This document shows positions 26,110-39,693 of a stretch of DNA of 64,000 bases, one piece after another (position 1 is the first letter of the stretch; the number at the start of each line of letters is the position of its first letter). Source of the stretch: Glycera tridactyla (taxonomy: Eukaryota); the NCBI GenBank assembly GCA_965644265.1, contig OZ286461.1, forward strand, positions 99,138,001 through 99,202,000. The letters run 5' to 3'. Made by a program: the position numbers and the translations under genes. The notes beneath the pieces are model-generated. The model was not told the DNA's origin. It did no database searches and was given only the letters and a program-made list of their open reading frames with translations.

Positions 26110-27720
26110 TATTTTCCTCACTATTCATACCTCTGAACCTGCTCGGTCAATCAATATTCACGGAGTCATACTGCCATTGGCCCATTACCCGACAGATCAG
26201 TTCCAACCAGCTGCATTTGAGATACAGTTGAACCTGCTCACAGAGGCCGCCCCACATCACCTTGGAAATAGCCTTTGTGGACAGATTGCGTGTTAGAAAG
26301 TTTGTCTCTTTACCAGATTCGTATTCATGAGGTTCTGAAAAGAAAATTCATGCAAGAAGTACGTCACGCCCAAGTCGCCATTGGTATGATTCAATTGTAT
26401 AGCTTGGTTGCTTTGTTGCTTGGTAAGTTTATTGTATCACCTCCAGTGAGCACCACCTGGGCTATATAGAGACGCCAATGTAATTGACATGGTCAGGTCC
26501 ATTTTTTTTTTTCATTTCTGGGTAACCAAGAAAGTTGGAAAATGACGAAAATCACAGACACCCAAGGTTTTATTTTCAACATAAGACCTGCGATGAACAA
26601 CGAATCTGATTTCGTATAGTTTGAACGCTTGCGAAAAAAAGTGGTTGCATTCTCAGCTCATTGCATTCCGACAATGAATCTATTGTCATCATGGGAGGAT
26701 TAAAAATGGGAAGCAAAATTCATATTTGCATAAATTTAGATATTGATATCGATGGTAATAGGGCATTTGAAATAGGATGTAATAATTTCTATAGTTGTTG
26801 TCATCTGTAGGTTTGAGCCACTATTCATTTGGAAATGTCGATGGTTTGTCGATTCTCTCTGCATGACGTCTATTCTCTGCAATAGTGGAAGGTGAATATA
26901 CGACAAAAAAAAATATGTTTTGCATAGCTAATACAAATAACTTCTTCACTGATAGAATCTAGTGGATGGCGTCTTCAGAAAAAAATATTGATCTCGAATC
27001 TCCTCATTGACGTTCCCTCATGAGACCCAAATTTGGATTGAGCCCCCGGCAATCTACATGGACGAAGAGGGGAAATATTCTTGAAGGTCGGTTATTGGTT
27101 TGAATCCATTCGAACTCCCTTTTTTTCCAATCGAATTTCCCACGTTGCAGCACTGCTGGGATTCATATCGGTATGTCGGATGCTCATTGCCTTGTGGCAT
27201 CGAGGGTTACCTCTGAGTTTAACTTACATTCAGTTAGGTAGCAGAGTACGGTTTTCTATTCAGCATAGCAAATGATGTACTTTGCAGAACCTCATGAATA
27301 CAAATCTGGTCAAGTGACCGACTCCATTCAGAGGCTGCCCTCAGCTGCAACCCCGTAGTATATCAAATAGTAAACGAACTTTCCAAAATGTGATCTGTCC
27401 ACAAAAGGCCGTTTCTAACGTGATGTGAGGGGAGGGGGCCTTTGTGAACACGTTAAACTGTATCTCAAATGCAGCTGATTGGGGTTGATATGTTTGGTGT
27501 TGGGTGATGGGGCGATTGGCAGTATGACCTCGTGAACATTGATGGACAATACAGGTCCAGAGGTATGAATAGTGAGGAAAATGCCCATCAGCCTACAAAA
27601 AGCCATTTCCAACGTGAACAAGGGTGGCATTTGTTGACAGATTCGACTGTATCTAAAATGTAGTTGGTTGGAGGTTGATCTGTTGGGTGATGGGGTGATT
27701 GACAGTATGACCTCATTAAT
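26110..27720. repeat. Inverted repeat pair (arms ~26110-26345 and ~27280-27580, with an extra partial unit to ~27720)
   Basis: TTTTCCTCACTATTCATACCTCTG...CAGCTGCATTTGAGATACAGTT...TTTGTGGACAGAT...ACCAGATTYGTATTCATGAGGTTCTG appears on + at left and on - at right; spacer ~930 bp. Confidence 0.75.
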
Positions 27721-27929
27721 ATTGATTTGTCGACCTGTTTATCGATCGATTGACTGATAAAGCTTTTTGATGGGTCGATATTGTCCCGAGAATCTGACCG
27801 ATCATTCGACAATGTCGACATCGAGATTGCTTCGACCTTCATAAATATTCACACCATAATGGACAGGATCACGCTTTGCCAATAGTGCCCATTAATATTT
27901 AATTTGTGCTGACATGTCACAGGAATTGT

Positions 27930-28760
27930 CTTGAGCCGTCGTGGAAATAGGGATTTTGCGTCGGAAGTAGTCGGGATTTAGGACAGATGCTCTCTGCTAG
28001 TCGCCTTCCAAAGTTTCTAGACGAGCTATACCTTGATATGAAGGAGGGTGAGACCAGTGGCGATCTAAAGAATGTTTTCGACATGGTAAACCATGGAACA
28101 CTGTTCATGAAGCTCGACGAACATGGAGAAAATAGAACTAGTATTGAATGTTTTCCAGTCATCTTACTGATCAATGGTGTCAGGTGAAGATCGGTGACGT
28201 ACTGTCTAGCAAAAGGTTTGTCAGATGTGGTGTGCCACTGGCTTCGATACTGGGTCCACTTTTATTCACGAATGATGTGACTTACCATATGAGAGGACCA
28301 AGTATCAAACTTTATGCAGATGCTACCACTATACTTGTGTCTCATCAAATTCCAACGTGTTTAAAGTCTGAATTGGAAGGTGTGCTGTAAAAGGTAAGCA
28401 GATGGCGAAAAAATTTCGAAACAAATTGACCTCTAGAGACTGAATCTTCCAAAAAGAAATTTGGTTCTCGGATCAGTTACTCACCTCCGGCATGATCATT
28501 TCATGGAGAATTTTCTAGGAAGCGTTACACAGATATCAATCTTCGAGTATCTTCGGGTCATTTCGAATGGGTTATTGGGTGTTTCACATCACGCAGACTA
28601 CATACAATCAAATATTTTTGATAGAGTCGGGAGTGTGTTGAGCAAAAGCACATTTCTGATGCTATACAAGACACTCGTTTTCAAACTTCGATTTCAGTGA
28701 AATCGTCTATGACAGCCTGGGAGTGACAGATTCAATTATGCTCAAGAGAATACAGAAGAA
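27930..28760 (+). pseudogene. LINE RT fragment with frameshifts
   Basis: DLKNVFDMVNHGTLFMKL; RCGVPLASILGPLLF..ND; LYADATT; FEYL; FLMLYKTL (ORFs 27987, 28148, 28461). Confidence 0.85.
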
Positions 28761-29864
28761 CACAAACCGTTTGGGTGTGTTTTCTAGGAGCCACAATGCA
28801 ATAGGGGAATATGGGAAACCGTTCTAACGCGACATCTATCGACAGAATTGCTATCGCGCGACAACTTGAAGCTCCCACCTGCTGACTATTTTGATCATTG
28901 TTTCAATGTCGGCATGTAAAGCTACCTGTCAGGAAAATGCCTGATATGGGAGAACGTGGTGCAGAGGAATCATGAACGTGTTCCACACCTTTGCCTGTCC
29001 AAAACAGGTGGCATATTGTCAGGTGCTTCTATTAGTTTCTCTATGATGTCGTTGCGCCTGTGAGGATATCGATTTTTTCAACACAAAGCAACACATTCTT
29101 GCTGCTTCGGGTAGCCATAGAGCCTGCATTCACTCAAAGCACGATGCGTTCAGTTACATAAAAGATATGACAGCTCTCTTTCTTCCCCATACATATCTCA
29201 CTCTCTCTTTCTCTTTTTTCTTCTCTTTCCTTCTCTCTCCTCTCTATCTCTCTTTCTCCACTCGGATTGGCAGTTGATCATTATTTCTCCATTCGATTAA
29301 ATTGTTTTTATTGATGTCCAATTGGAATTCGAAGACGGATTCGATGGCACGCTGGTTGCTAATTGCCGTCCCTTCAAAGTGAAAGAGTGACGGTCCATCG
29401 GTATAAATAAACACATCGCGCGCCAGAGTGAAGGATAGACAAATCCATTCTGAAGAGTTATGATTATGGGGCATGTTTCGAAAGATGCATTTGATAACGA
29501 GTTCAGTTTGCTAAATGTTGAATGCGATAGAATCGATGACAAACAAAGTGGACCGGACAGTAGGGGCAATCACTCGCATTAGCTTCGAATGTTGAAGAAT
29601 AGTTGATTCTCTGTAGAATATCAAAAGAATATAGCACAAAATGTTACAAAGATAAGAAAGACGAGTTGGATAGAGTATACCCCCTATGTCCACGATCAAA
29701 CAAAGGTTGGGACCATGTAGACGCTCCAAGTCGCTACGTCTGCATTGTAATGCCATGCGCCATGATCGAGGGCAACGCATGCGTGGAAGATCATCGGTAG
29801 GATCACAGTCGGAATGGCATACCTCCACATCCAATATTTTGAAAGGCGCAAAATTCACTATTTG

Positions 29865-30221
29865 CTAGGCTGTCACGGAATGTAGGTGCACCGAGACTGA
29901 GCTCGGTAATATTTGCTTGGAAGGTATGCATTGATTTATGTTTCTGTAGATCAGGTCGATTCCATAACAATTCATTCTCAGAGATTGCATAATGTCCAGC
30001 TTGCCGTTACATCGCAGGTCATCCTTCATCGTAGATAAGGTGGCTCTTATCCGAACAATATGATTGATCGACTCCTGAGTACAGTGCAGTGACATGGTAT
30101 GGTTGCCTGAAGAAACTAGACTAGCAGAGGTAATTGTTCTTATTATGTTTTCACCAATAGACATCAAGATGGATTCCAGATCACCAAACCCACTGAAGAC
30201 CGCTACACAGCCATGAAACAT
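29865..30221 (-). pseudogene. Degenerate LINE RT remnant
   Basis: NCYGIDLIYRNINQCIPSKQILPSSVSV resembles KLxxYGIxG..WxxSYLxxRxQxV. Confidence 0.35.
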
Positions 30222-31169
30222 ATGATGGTTGACAATGACCTCTGATGATCGAGTGGTTTATTCAGTGATTGATCGATGGACATATTCGATAAATCTGATT
30301 TCGTTTGCGGTTGCTTAGCTTATTGATCGATCAACCAACTGGCAAAGTGTTGAAGACAGCGAGTGACTAAGTGACTGAGTGGCTGATTGAGTAACTGAAT
30401 GACTAACTGACTGATTGATTGAATAACCTATTCCAAACTAGAGAAATTCGAGATGGACCGATTACTAGAGGACAAACCACCGGCAGATTGGCTTTTCCGA
30501 GATCATCCATTATGATGGGTGACAGGCGCAATCGCAGTAAGAGGTGCGAGGTGTTATAATGGCTTGCCACCAATCATAAAGGACACAAATAGTGGCTCTG
30601 TATCCAAAACAATCCTGCATGATTCAAGGCAGTCAACTTTCATCTTCAATGTAAACAGAACGTGAAAATCTGAATATTGTAACACATGTTACTGTAACTC
30701 ATGTCATTAGTGTTCGGTGAATGCGATCATTCCTACCATATTCCAACACACTGCCACATTGTATCTACCTATTCGAACCATAATGGAACGATTGAGTCAT
30801 GTGTTATATGAGCCACAGTAATCTATGTTTTCTTGATTTATGTGCGTAACTGTATATTCGTGTTGTAACAATCGTAATGTAATTCTTATTGAGATGGAAA
30901 TGAGCATTTATCCTCATCTCCATAATAAGACTTTTGAGGCCTTTTATGAAGCCTGACTGAAAGGCTGACTGACTGTCTGACTGACCATTATTGGACTGAA
31001 TGATTGGATGACTGACTGATTGACTACTGAATGACAGCTATGTACTCAGTAGCCTGCAGCCCGAATGCATGAAATGATGAGTGACAGCATGGAGTGACAT
31101 GAAAAAGATTTTATGAATTAAGTAATGGCAATAGATCAACAACAATATGTGATAACATATTCCGTTTAT

Positions 31170-32200
31170 TTCCTAATGTGTTACGATGGGATGATAATCG
31201 GACATGTTTTGTATGCCGATAAAACAAGTGGGGCGACATGACATTGTACGGAACGTGCTGGACGTTCCATGGCTACTGCCAGAGACTGAGAGCATATAAT
31301 GGATGCTACAGGCCCTGAAGGTGATAGCCAGAATTGCATCAGGATTCCACTCAACAGAGATGGCCTCCATCCAGCTAGCCTCTATCCCATCCTTGGTATC
31401 CTAGCAACTGCATGACAACCTGCACATCTTTCTAATGAGAGGTGCTCGAGAAAATGGAATGGAATATATCACGTGCCGTTCCTGATAGGACTCAATGACA
31501 TTTCCTTCATGAACCATTTGTGATATCGTCTTCAACAAGCTATGTAAATATAATTCTGCAATCCTATGACCTACATGGATCCAGTCGTCGAAAAGACTTT
31601 CTTTTATTGGAAGGTTACCTCAATTTAGGAAGCATTACATCAGATTCAGTCTTACTACAGAGTCCAAGAATCGACAAACATTTTGTATTATATTGAATGT
31701 GTTCCTGATCGATCAATCAGTCATCCATTCCTCCACTCATCCATTCACTGAAGCAAATACTCAAGTCAATCGCCCACTCCGTACTTGATCGGTCGGTCAG
31801 TCGTCCAGTCAGTCATTCAGTCAGTCAGTCAGTTGGTCGTCTTACAGGATACTTGTCAGGATTGGGAAGTATCCGGGTGACGAATTTGATGGGAAGTCTG
31901 AGAATTAAGTCAATATTCTCTACAAAGCACTTCACCATTCAAATCAATCTAACAATGTTGTTCATATTCTTCATCAAGACACGACCAATAGATATGATTG
32001 TCCTCCTGCAAAATATGTCCCGTGCTTATGCAATGATAGCTGAGGTTGCTTACTGCCCGACTGGATCAAAATCAAGTGTTTCAAGAATATTTGATCGGGA
32101 ACATGTAGTGCCGGGGATGACTTATAGCGATAGACGAAGTTTTGCTCCCGTGATTCTAGCTCGAGTAGAAGTTTTCATGCCAGAATCAGGACATTCAGGA
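31170..32200 (-). pseudogene. Degenerate LINE RT remnant
   Basis: KVFSTT...LQNYLHSLL (KVFEK...QLxxYL-like) on the minus strand near 31550-31600; heavily broken. Confidence 0.3.
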
Positions 32201-33562
32201 TGCTGATGCATTTTCTCAAGTGTGGTGCGGGGATGATGTTTTGAAGGAGAAAGTAGAATCATTGTTCATTGTGATCAAATAGAAATAGGTACAGATGATA
32301 TGAGAGAATATTCCAGATGGGAATTTATGATCTGGTAATCTGGTCTTTTCTATAGATTTCAGGCATGCACGGTGAATGGTTTATTCTTTCATAAACAAAC
32401 ATATACTGCTTGATTCGTTAACAGGTACTTGATCAAGATCACGCAATTACTATATATGTTTTACCAATACCCATGCACTGTGTAGCCATAGTGGATGCAT
32501 AAATTGGCTGGGAGTTGGTATATACTAGTCGCAGACTTTGTTTGAAAAAAACACCCAAATCCTCCTCACCTGTTGTGCCGGTCACCTGCCAGCTGCTATT
32601 GTGCAAACATTGATGGTTGTACAGTGTGACACCTAATCGATTAATCAAATACTTCATGTGGATTCTGGAGTAGCTGGACTAATGATCAATGGGTAACAAG
32701 TGACCTCAAGCTGCACTTTAGTAGCACATGTTGGGCCAATTCTACAGCTAATCTCTGGACAAGAATGTAAAATTATCCACAAATTGATGTATCAATATTG
32801 ACATTAGCAATTTTGGTGCTGACTTGATTGCCAGAACTGGACAAAATGAGAAGACATAAAAAAGTAACCTGCAGTGTGTAAAATTTACTCATTTCATTCA
32901 CTGGCCCGTTGGGCCAGTGAACTGGTGGGATTCACTGGCCCACACCTGATTTCCCTGGCCCGCATTTTTTTCATTAAAACCAACAAAATGGCTTTTTTTC
33001 ACATCATATGGCGATGATGATATTTTTACATCAGTTTGGTTTGTAAATACAAGTGAATACAGCTTTATTTGTCATCATCTAATCATATAATCATTTTAAG
33101 ACCAGATTTACCTTCACTTGGGTGATGGAATATTATGTTCGTCAAATGTCACTCGGTGACCACAGATCTGTGTGAATGTATTTTCCCATCTCAATAATGT
33201 CATTATAGGCAGGTTCCAGTGTAGTTTCTTCATTGAGAAACAATTTCATGCCGACGAAATTCCGTCTGACGACGCTGGCGGCGAAAGTTTGTAACATACA
33301 AGAACATGGATGATTATCCTTCACTACGCTGAAGGGTAGGGCTTAAAACGGAGTTCCTGGCTACTGACTGGGACTGCTCACGATTTGAATAGACTGACAT
33401 GATTAATGGCAGTCATAAAACTTCGAAGTCTGGGTGTGAACCCCACTGATTCCTCCTTATTCCTCTCGTGCTCACGGGACTCGCACACGTCTATACTTAG
33501 CTCCCGCGAAAACACGTTTTCAACAAGTTTTTCGCACGAATTTCAAGTTTATTCACGAACTT

Positions 33563-34320
33563 TTGACTGAAATGGAGAACGAAAGTACTACATCGGCTGG
33601 TGGCGAACGCCACGAGTCGGCTCAACAACCTGCAAGGACGGGAGAAGATACGGAATTACAGCGGCCAGAACTGGCTTCTAACGCTGAAGGAAGGGGAAGA
33701 ACTTCATCGGCTACCTCGTACAGGGCGGATTCGGAACCGATTTTGCCTAATCATGGCAGTATGGACTTCAGAAGCCGGGATTCCTTCGCACGAACAAGAG
33801 ATTTCTTCGGACGAGCTCCGTCTAGAATGCCGCCCTCAGACATGACCGTCATTCAATAATCTTCTCAATGGGTCACATCAAGCCCCCATTATAATCCAGA
33901 GATCTCAAACATGGCTGTCTGACTGTAATCAGAGAATGTATGCACCTAAACGCCGGATACAATTGGGTCATTCATGATAGATTGCCAGACAGTTGAAGCA
34001 CGTGCTAGGTTCATTTGTGTTGTGGGCAAGGAAGCTCATTTTGGGATTGACAAGTCGAACGCAGCAGGAAGTTATGCAAGGAAAGTAAAGGGATCTTCAC
34101 CTAGATAGAAAGATGGAATTGTTTGAATATGTTTCACAATCCCGGTGTTGTTGAGGACACCGAAAAGACGATTGGACTCCTGGTTATAAGCGAATGTGTT
34201 CCCAATTTCCAATTGACAACTGTCAAACACAGGGTGTGGGCTCTGGCTCAGGATCATTCAACGCTGCGGACACCTTTTCCAGGAACGGAAATCGGGTCAT
34301 TCGAGGACCCAACCCTCCAT
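33563..34320 (+). pseudogene. Broken GC-richer ORF, possibly retroelement gag/ORF1-like (DIRS/Ngaro-type motif, tentative)
   Basis: ATG at 33572 opens a 95-aa low-complexity ORF; downstream frames read NAGYNWVIHDR + RQLKHVLGSFVLW, reminiscent of the GxxWxxYDxxFR...W motif of tyrosine-recombinase retrotransposon ORF1s. Confidence 0.25.
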
Positions 34321-34427
34321 TTAAATAATTGCCTGCTGCAGTTGGCGTGTCGTCCCCATTCCCCCTAATCAAACATTTTCACGCACAAATTTTAACGACC
34401 TGACATGACAAAAAGAGGGATGATCCG

Positions 34428-35979
34428 GGCATTATAGGTTGACTTTCAGTTCGAGTCCATCAGAAAGTAACCATTCCGGGATTATCATGGGTCGACCTCC
34501 AGTTCAAGTCCACTATCAAATAACCATCTCGGAATTATTTTGGGTTGACTCCCACCATAAAGTAACCATTTCGGGATTATCGTGGGTTCACTTTTAGTTT
34601 AGGTCCACCATAAAGTAACCATTCCGGAATTATCGGTGGTCGTCTTCCAGTTCAAGTCCACTATAAAATAACCATCTCGGAATTAGCGTGGGTTGACTCC
34701 CACCATAAAGTAACCATTTCGGGATTATCGTGGGTTCACTTTTAGTTTAGGTCCACCATAAAGTAACCATTTTGGGATTATCGTGGGTTCACTTTCAGTT
34801 TAGGTTCACCATAAAGTAACCATTTTGGGATTATCGTGGGTTCACTTTTAGTTTAGGTCCACCATAAAGTAACCATTTCGGGATTATCGTGGGTTCACTT
34901 CTAGTTTAGGTCCGCCATAAAGTAACCATTTCGGGATTATCGTGGGTTCACTTCTAGTTTAGGTCCACCATAAAGTAACCATTTCGGGATTATCGTGGGT
35001 TCACTTTTAGTTTAGGTCCACCATAAAGTAACCATTCTGGAATTATCATGGGTCGACCTCCAGTCCAAGTCCACTATAAAATAACCATCTCGGAATTATC
35101 GTGGGTTGACTCCCACCATAAAGTAACCATTTCGGGATTATCGTGGGTTCACCTTTAGTTTAGGTCCACCATAAAGTAACCATTTCGGGATTATCGTGGG
35201 TTCACTTTTAGTTTAGGTCCACCATAAAGTAACCATTTCGGGATTATCGTGGGTTCACTTTTAGTTTAGGTCCACCATAAAGTAACCATTTCGGGATTAT
35301 CGTGGGTTCACTTCTAGTTTAGGTCCACCATATCGTAACCATTTCAGGATTATCGTGGGTTCACTTTTAGTTTAGGTCCACCATAAAGTAACCATTTCGG
35401 GATTATCGTGGGCTCACTTTTAGTTTAGGTCCACCATATCGTAACCATTTCAGGATTATCGTGGATTCACTTTTAGTTTAGGTCCACTATAAAGTAACCA
35501 TTTCGGGATTATCGTGGGTTCACTTTTAGTTCAGGTCCACCATAAAGTAACCATTTTAGGATTTTCGTGGGTTCACTTTTAGTTTAGGTCCACCATAAAG
35601 TAACCATTTCGGGATTATCGTGGGTTCACTTTTAGTTTAGGTCCACCATAAAGTAACCATTTCGGGATTATCGTGGGTTCACTTCTAGTTCAGGTCCACC
35701 ATAAAGTAACCATTCTGGGATTTTCGTGGGTTCACTTTTAGTTTAGGTCCACCATAAAGAAACCATATTGGGATTATCGTGGGTTCACTTTTAGTTTAGG
35801 TCCACCATAAAGTAACCATTTCGGGATTATCATGGGTTCACTTTTAGTTTAGGTCCACCATAAAGTAACCATTTTGGGATTATCGTGGGTTCACTTTTAG
35901 TTTAGGTCCACCATAAAGTAACCATATTGGGATTATCGTGGGTCGACTTCGAGTTCGAGTCCATTATAGTGTAACCATG
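34428..35979. repeat. Minisatellite, 53-bp unit (~30 copies) with interspersed 42-bp variant
   Basis: Consensus ACCATAAAGTAACCATTTCGGGATTATCGTGGGTTCACTTTTAGTTTAGGTCC (e.g. 34861, 34914); variant ACTATAAAATAACCATCTCGGAATTATCGTGGGTTGACTCCC occurs three times. Confidence 0.95.
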
Positions 35980-36249
35980 TGGTGAGGCCGCCTTCCTCAT
36001 GTCCCTATTTGCCCGAAGAACAGTTCATGGAATTTGCTTCAATATCATTCCATTTCTAAGCGTGGCGATCGCAAATGTGAGAACAGAGGATGAGGGGGGA
36101 GATAATGACTACGGCGACGACGATGATGACCAAAATGATGCTAATTATGCTGTTGAGAAGGGGTTCAGGGATGTGAAGGAGACGAAGGATGACGAGAAGG
36201 TACCCAAATGATGGATGACAACTCCCAGATGATATGACTATCATCATGG

Positions 36250-37450
36250 TCTATATCATCATCTCTGGCCACGTGTCGCCATGTTCCCCGTCATACAGAT
36301 GGAGTATGGTGTACGCGGGCATGAAATATGCATGAAATAATCAAATATCCTTGTCGCAGTCCTGTCCGATTTATTGGAGTGCCCATGCGATGACCATAGT
36401 AAGGGTTGGCGACTGGCCAGTGTCTCGTTGATGATGCATGCCATACATTAGAGATAATGAAATCATATTTCAAATGACCAGGAAGCTGTGCCTTCGAGTC
36501 CAATATCTAATATTTGCATGACCTCACATCTTCTGTTAGACTTCTGATGCTGTTATGGTCATGGATATTATCAACATGCTACAAGAAATGAATTGGATTA
36601 TTCAAATCGCACTGGGATGTTGTTGGTTCGTGGTTTCCGTCACCATCGTTACGATAATCCTTGTATTTCTTTGTTTCTAATTAGGTGAGTAGCGTTTCTG
36701 TCCAATGTAGGTAGGTGTGAAAGAATATCAATACTAGGTGGCTCACGAGTACATGCGTAGGTGAGCCAATTTCGCATAATTCGAATAGAATTGGTCCATA
36801 TGTCTTGCATGGTGAAAATGATAGCTTTCACTTTGATCGGCTCTTTCTCCGACAGCAGCCTCTGTCATAACCACCGACAGTAGGGATATTCAAATTGAAT
36901 GGCTTCCCCCGCAAGCATCCTCACCACGACTTCACCTTTCTTACGACAAGTAACTCAAACACAAGCTATGAAGTGGTGATCGGTATCAGTATTATCCTGA
37001 CCCCTACTGCTAGGATAACATGCTCGAATACGTCACTGCCAGCAAGACTACATAGAGCACCTCCACAGCCGCCTGATCCTGGTGACCCTCGACCCTCAAC
37101 ACAATCATCACCGTCATCACCATCATTCAAGCGTCTTTTGAAGCGAATTCCACATTCACCGAATGTCACTGGCCTCAGATGAAAGTGAATCGCCATCAGT
37201 GATGACGCCAGGATCAGATAAGAGGTCACAGCTCTCAAGTCTGTTGAGAATCCATGCCCAGTCACATTGATTTCAATGCATATGTGGATCTGGTTGTCCC
37301 ATCCTCGTGGATGCTTGTTTTCATGACTGGGTGAGATTTTTGGTATGACAGAGGCAGACGATATACCGCCCACCATGTAGAGGTTTTGGCTTGGATAATT
37401 CACCCCACATATTACATCATCGCCAAATCTGTCATGCCATCATCCAATCG
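36250..37450 (-). pseudogene. Degenerate LINE RT remnant
   Basis: GFSTDLRAV (GFSTxxAL-like) in ORF 36966-37403; RIFDYF (PHFDY-like) in ORF 36259-36444. Confidence 0.4.
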
Positions 37451-38235
37451 CTATCATGAACATTCATCGATGTGAGATGGTCTCAAGTGTCGAAAACAAT
37501 CTGTCCATCATAGAAATGTGGCAAATCAGTCATTAATGCAAATGCGTCATCCGATCATTTCGGTTCGAGAGGTTGGGCATGAGATTGCATGTCGAGTTCT
37601 GGTGCTGACAACATCAAACCAGCGAGTCGTTTTCTGTCAGGCCTTGTGTGTGACTTTGGAACATAAAAGCCAGCGAATTTTCCTATGTGAACCTTGGCGC
37701 TCTTCCTCTCCATAAAATCCAAGAACAAAAGTATCGGAAAATCCGAGTGAGATAGCTGGCCATTCGCTAGTTGGAATGAAATTCATTAGATTGCGTGGAG
37801 AACCCGGCTCTAAAAGATGTCTAAAGCAATATCTGGCATATCCATTGTCCGATGTGCGCTCTTGTCTAGCCGGCCTGTGTTATGCATGAGCTGCAACACC
37901 TGCAACTATATGATATTACCAAAAGCTCTGAATGGAATTTCTTGCATTGAATGTTTCACGACGTCAAACGTTTCATTTCCTTTCAAATATACCGTTAGGT
38001 ATGAGAGGCGTCATACCCGTCAATTCATGCATGTCAAAATATCTAATCGAGCATGATTGGGCAGATTCGATTACAGTGGATAGTAATTGAAACTCTTCAT
38101 AAACAGGCCCCCATATCACTCGTGACACTCAATCCTGGAGAATAACAATTTTCATTTCGACACAAATGAATAAACCATCGAGATGAAGCGGGCAGTTTAT
38201 TGTTAACTGAAATTTATGGAGACGAAGTTGATTGA

Positions 38236-38632
38236 NNNNNNNNNNNNNNNNNNNNNNNNNNNNNNNNNNNNNNNNNNNNNNNNNNNNNNNNNNNNNNNNN
38301 NNNNNNNNNNNNNNNNNNNNNNNNNNNNNNNNNNNNNNNNNNNNNNNNNNNNNNNNNNNNNNNNNNNNNNNNNNNNNNNNNNNNNNNNNNNNNNNNNNNN
38401 NNNNNNNNNNNNNNNNNNNNNNNNNNNNNNNNNNNNNNNNNNNNNNNNNNNNNNNNNNNNNNNNNNNNNNNNNNNNNNNNNNNNNNNNNNNNNNNNNNNN
38501 NNNNNNNNNNNNNNNNNNNNNNNNNNNNNNNNNNNNNNNNNNNNNNNNNNNNNNNNNNNNNNNNNNNNNNNNNNNNNNNNNNNNNNNNNNNNNNNNNNNN
38601 NNNNNNNNNNNNNNNNNNNNNNNNNNNNNNNN
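38236..38632. other. Assembly gap (397 N)
   Basis: Run of N. Confidence 1.
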
Positions 38633-38949
38633 CGCGTGAGTCTATCCGCCTTCAGTTCTATCCAAACAAAAAAGGTCATAGCTGAGAGTTCATAGCATCA
38701 CATTTATAGTTCAACCGATGACATGAATCTATTTCACATGTGAAAGATTAATCCGATCCATTACATCTAATTAGTCACCTCACCAATGACCATGATAGTG
38801 AGCATCAAGGGGGGATCCATATCGCTTCAAAGCCCCCTTGAGTGGTGCATACAGTAATTGCAGCGTGTCTCACTGACACTGAGGAGTGCTTCAAGTGACA
38901 TGATCAGAGACCTAGCAAAAGAATTGGATGATATCCGAGTCACTCTCTA

Positions 38950-39198
38950 TGATACAAAGCCCTCAAATAAGCAAGCAAATGCGACTGAAAGCATATCACT
39001 GAGAACATCCACATTGTAATGACTACTGCTGAATGTTTAAATGGAGTTCCGACCATGTTCTGTGAGTGAGAAGGTGAATTTCTAGCCTGGATATCGGCAG
39101 GTGGCCATTTTGCGCAATCGAGGCCGAAGAACTGTCTGCGTCTGTATCTGATCACCTGCCTGTATTGTTCCAATCATCGTAACTTCCTCTCTATCTAT

Positions 39199-39246
<48 letters not shown>

Positions 39247-39640
39247 GCCATCATTTGGAGAGTTAATTTTGTGAGATGCTCTCCACGATCGTATACGTCT
39301 ATGCTATACAGGGCAACATGAGGATACAAAGTCAGGCCATCCATCGTTGCTCACGGTCTTGTCTCCACTAAGTGGGATACAAATAGGGATCCTTTAAATG
39401 CATCAAGAAATATGTCGGTATCAAATCTGACAAGATTTGAACACAACCTCAATAGAGATTGTCGGATGCGGTCATATCTTTTGAGGATCCGGCTCCCGGA
39501 ATGGAAGTTGAGATCATCGAAACATTACGTACTTGGGATAACTATGACGATGCGTTCTTCAAAAAGGGGAAGTGACTTACATATGGAATCAGACATGTCC
39601 ACGATTCTTTCTGGGGAACACATGGCCATGTTGTTATAAT
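38950..39640 (+). pseudogene. Degenerate LINE RT remnant interrupted by a C/(CT)n tract at ~39185-39245
   Basis: CLNGVPTM (GVPQG-like) near 39035; KHYVLGIT (KYLG-like) in ORF 39412-39639. Confidence 0.3.
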
Positions 39641-39693
39641 GGTGGTATGTGAGAGGGGCAGAGTGAAAAAGGGAAAGGGGAGAGAGGTATCAA

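Noticed and set aside
27060-27130. Pol III B-box-like GGTTTGAATCC followed by a T-run
   Set aside because: No A-box or cloverleaf; lies within the spacer of the inverted-repeat structure.
32866-33120. hAT-like MITE start (CAGTGTGTAAAATTT...CACTGGCCC/GGGCCAGTG)
   Set aside because: A matching right TIR and 8-bp TSD could not be established; at best a fragment.
34428-35979. CRISPR-like array (regular, partly palindromic repeats)
   Set aside because: Units are contiguous near-identical monomers with no unique spacers; no cas genes; eukaryotic context.
38203-38695. ORFs spanning N-runs (also 7333-7672 and 62240-62551)
   Set aside because: Artefacts of translating assembly gaps.
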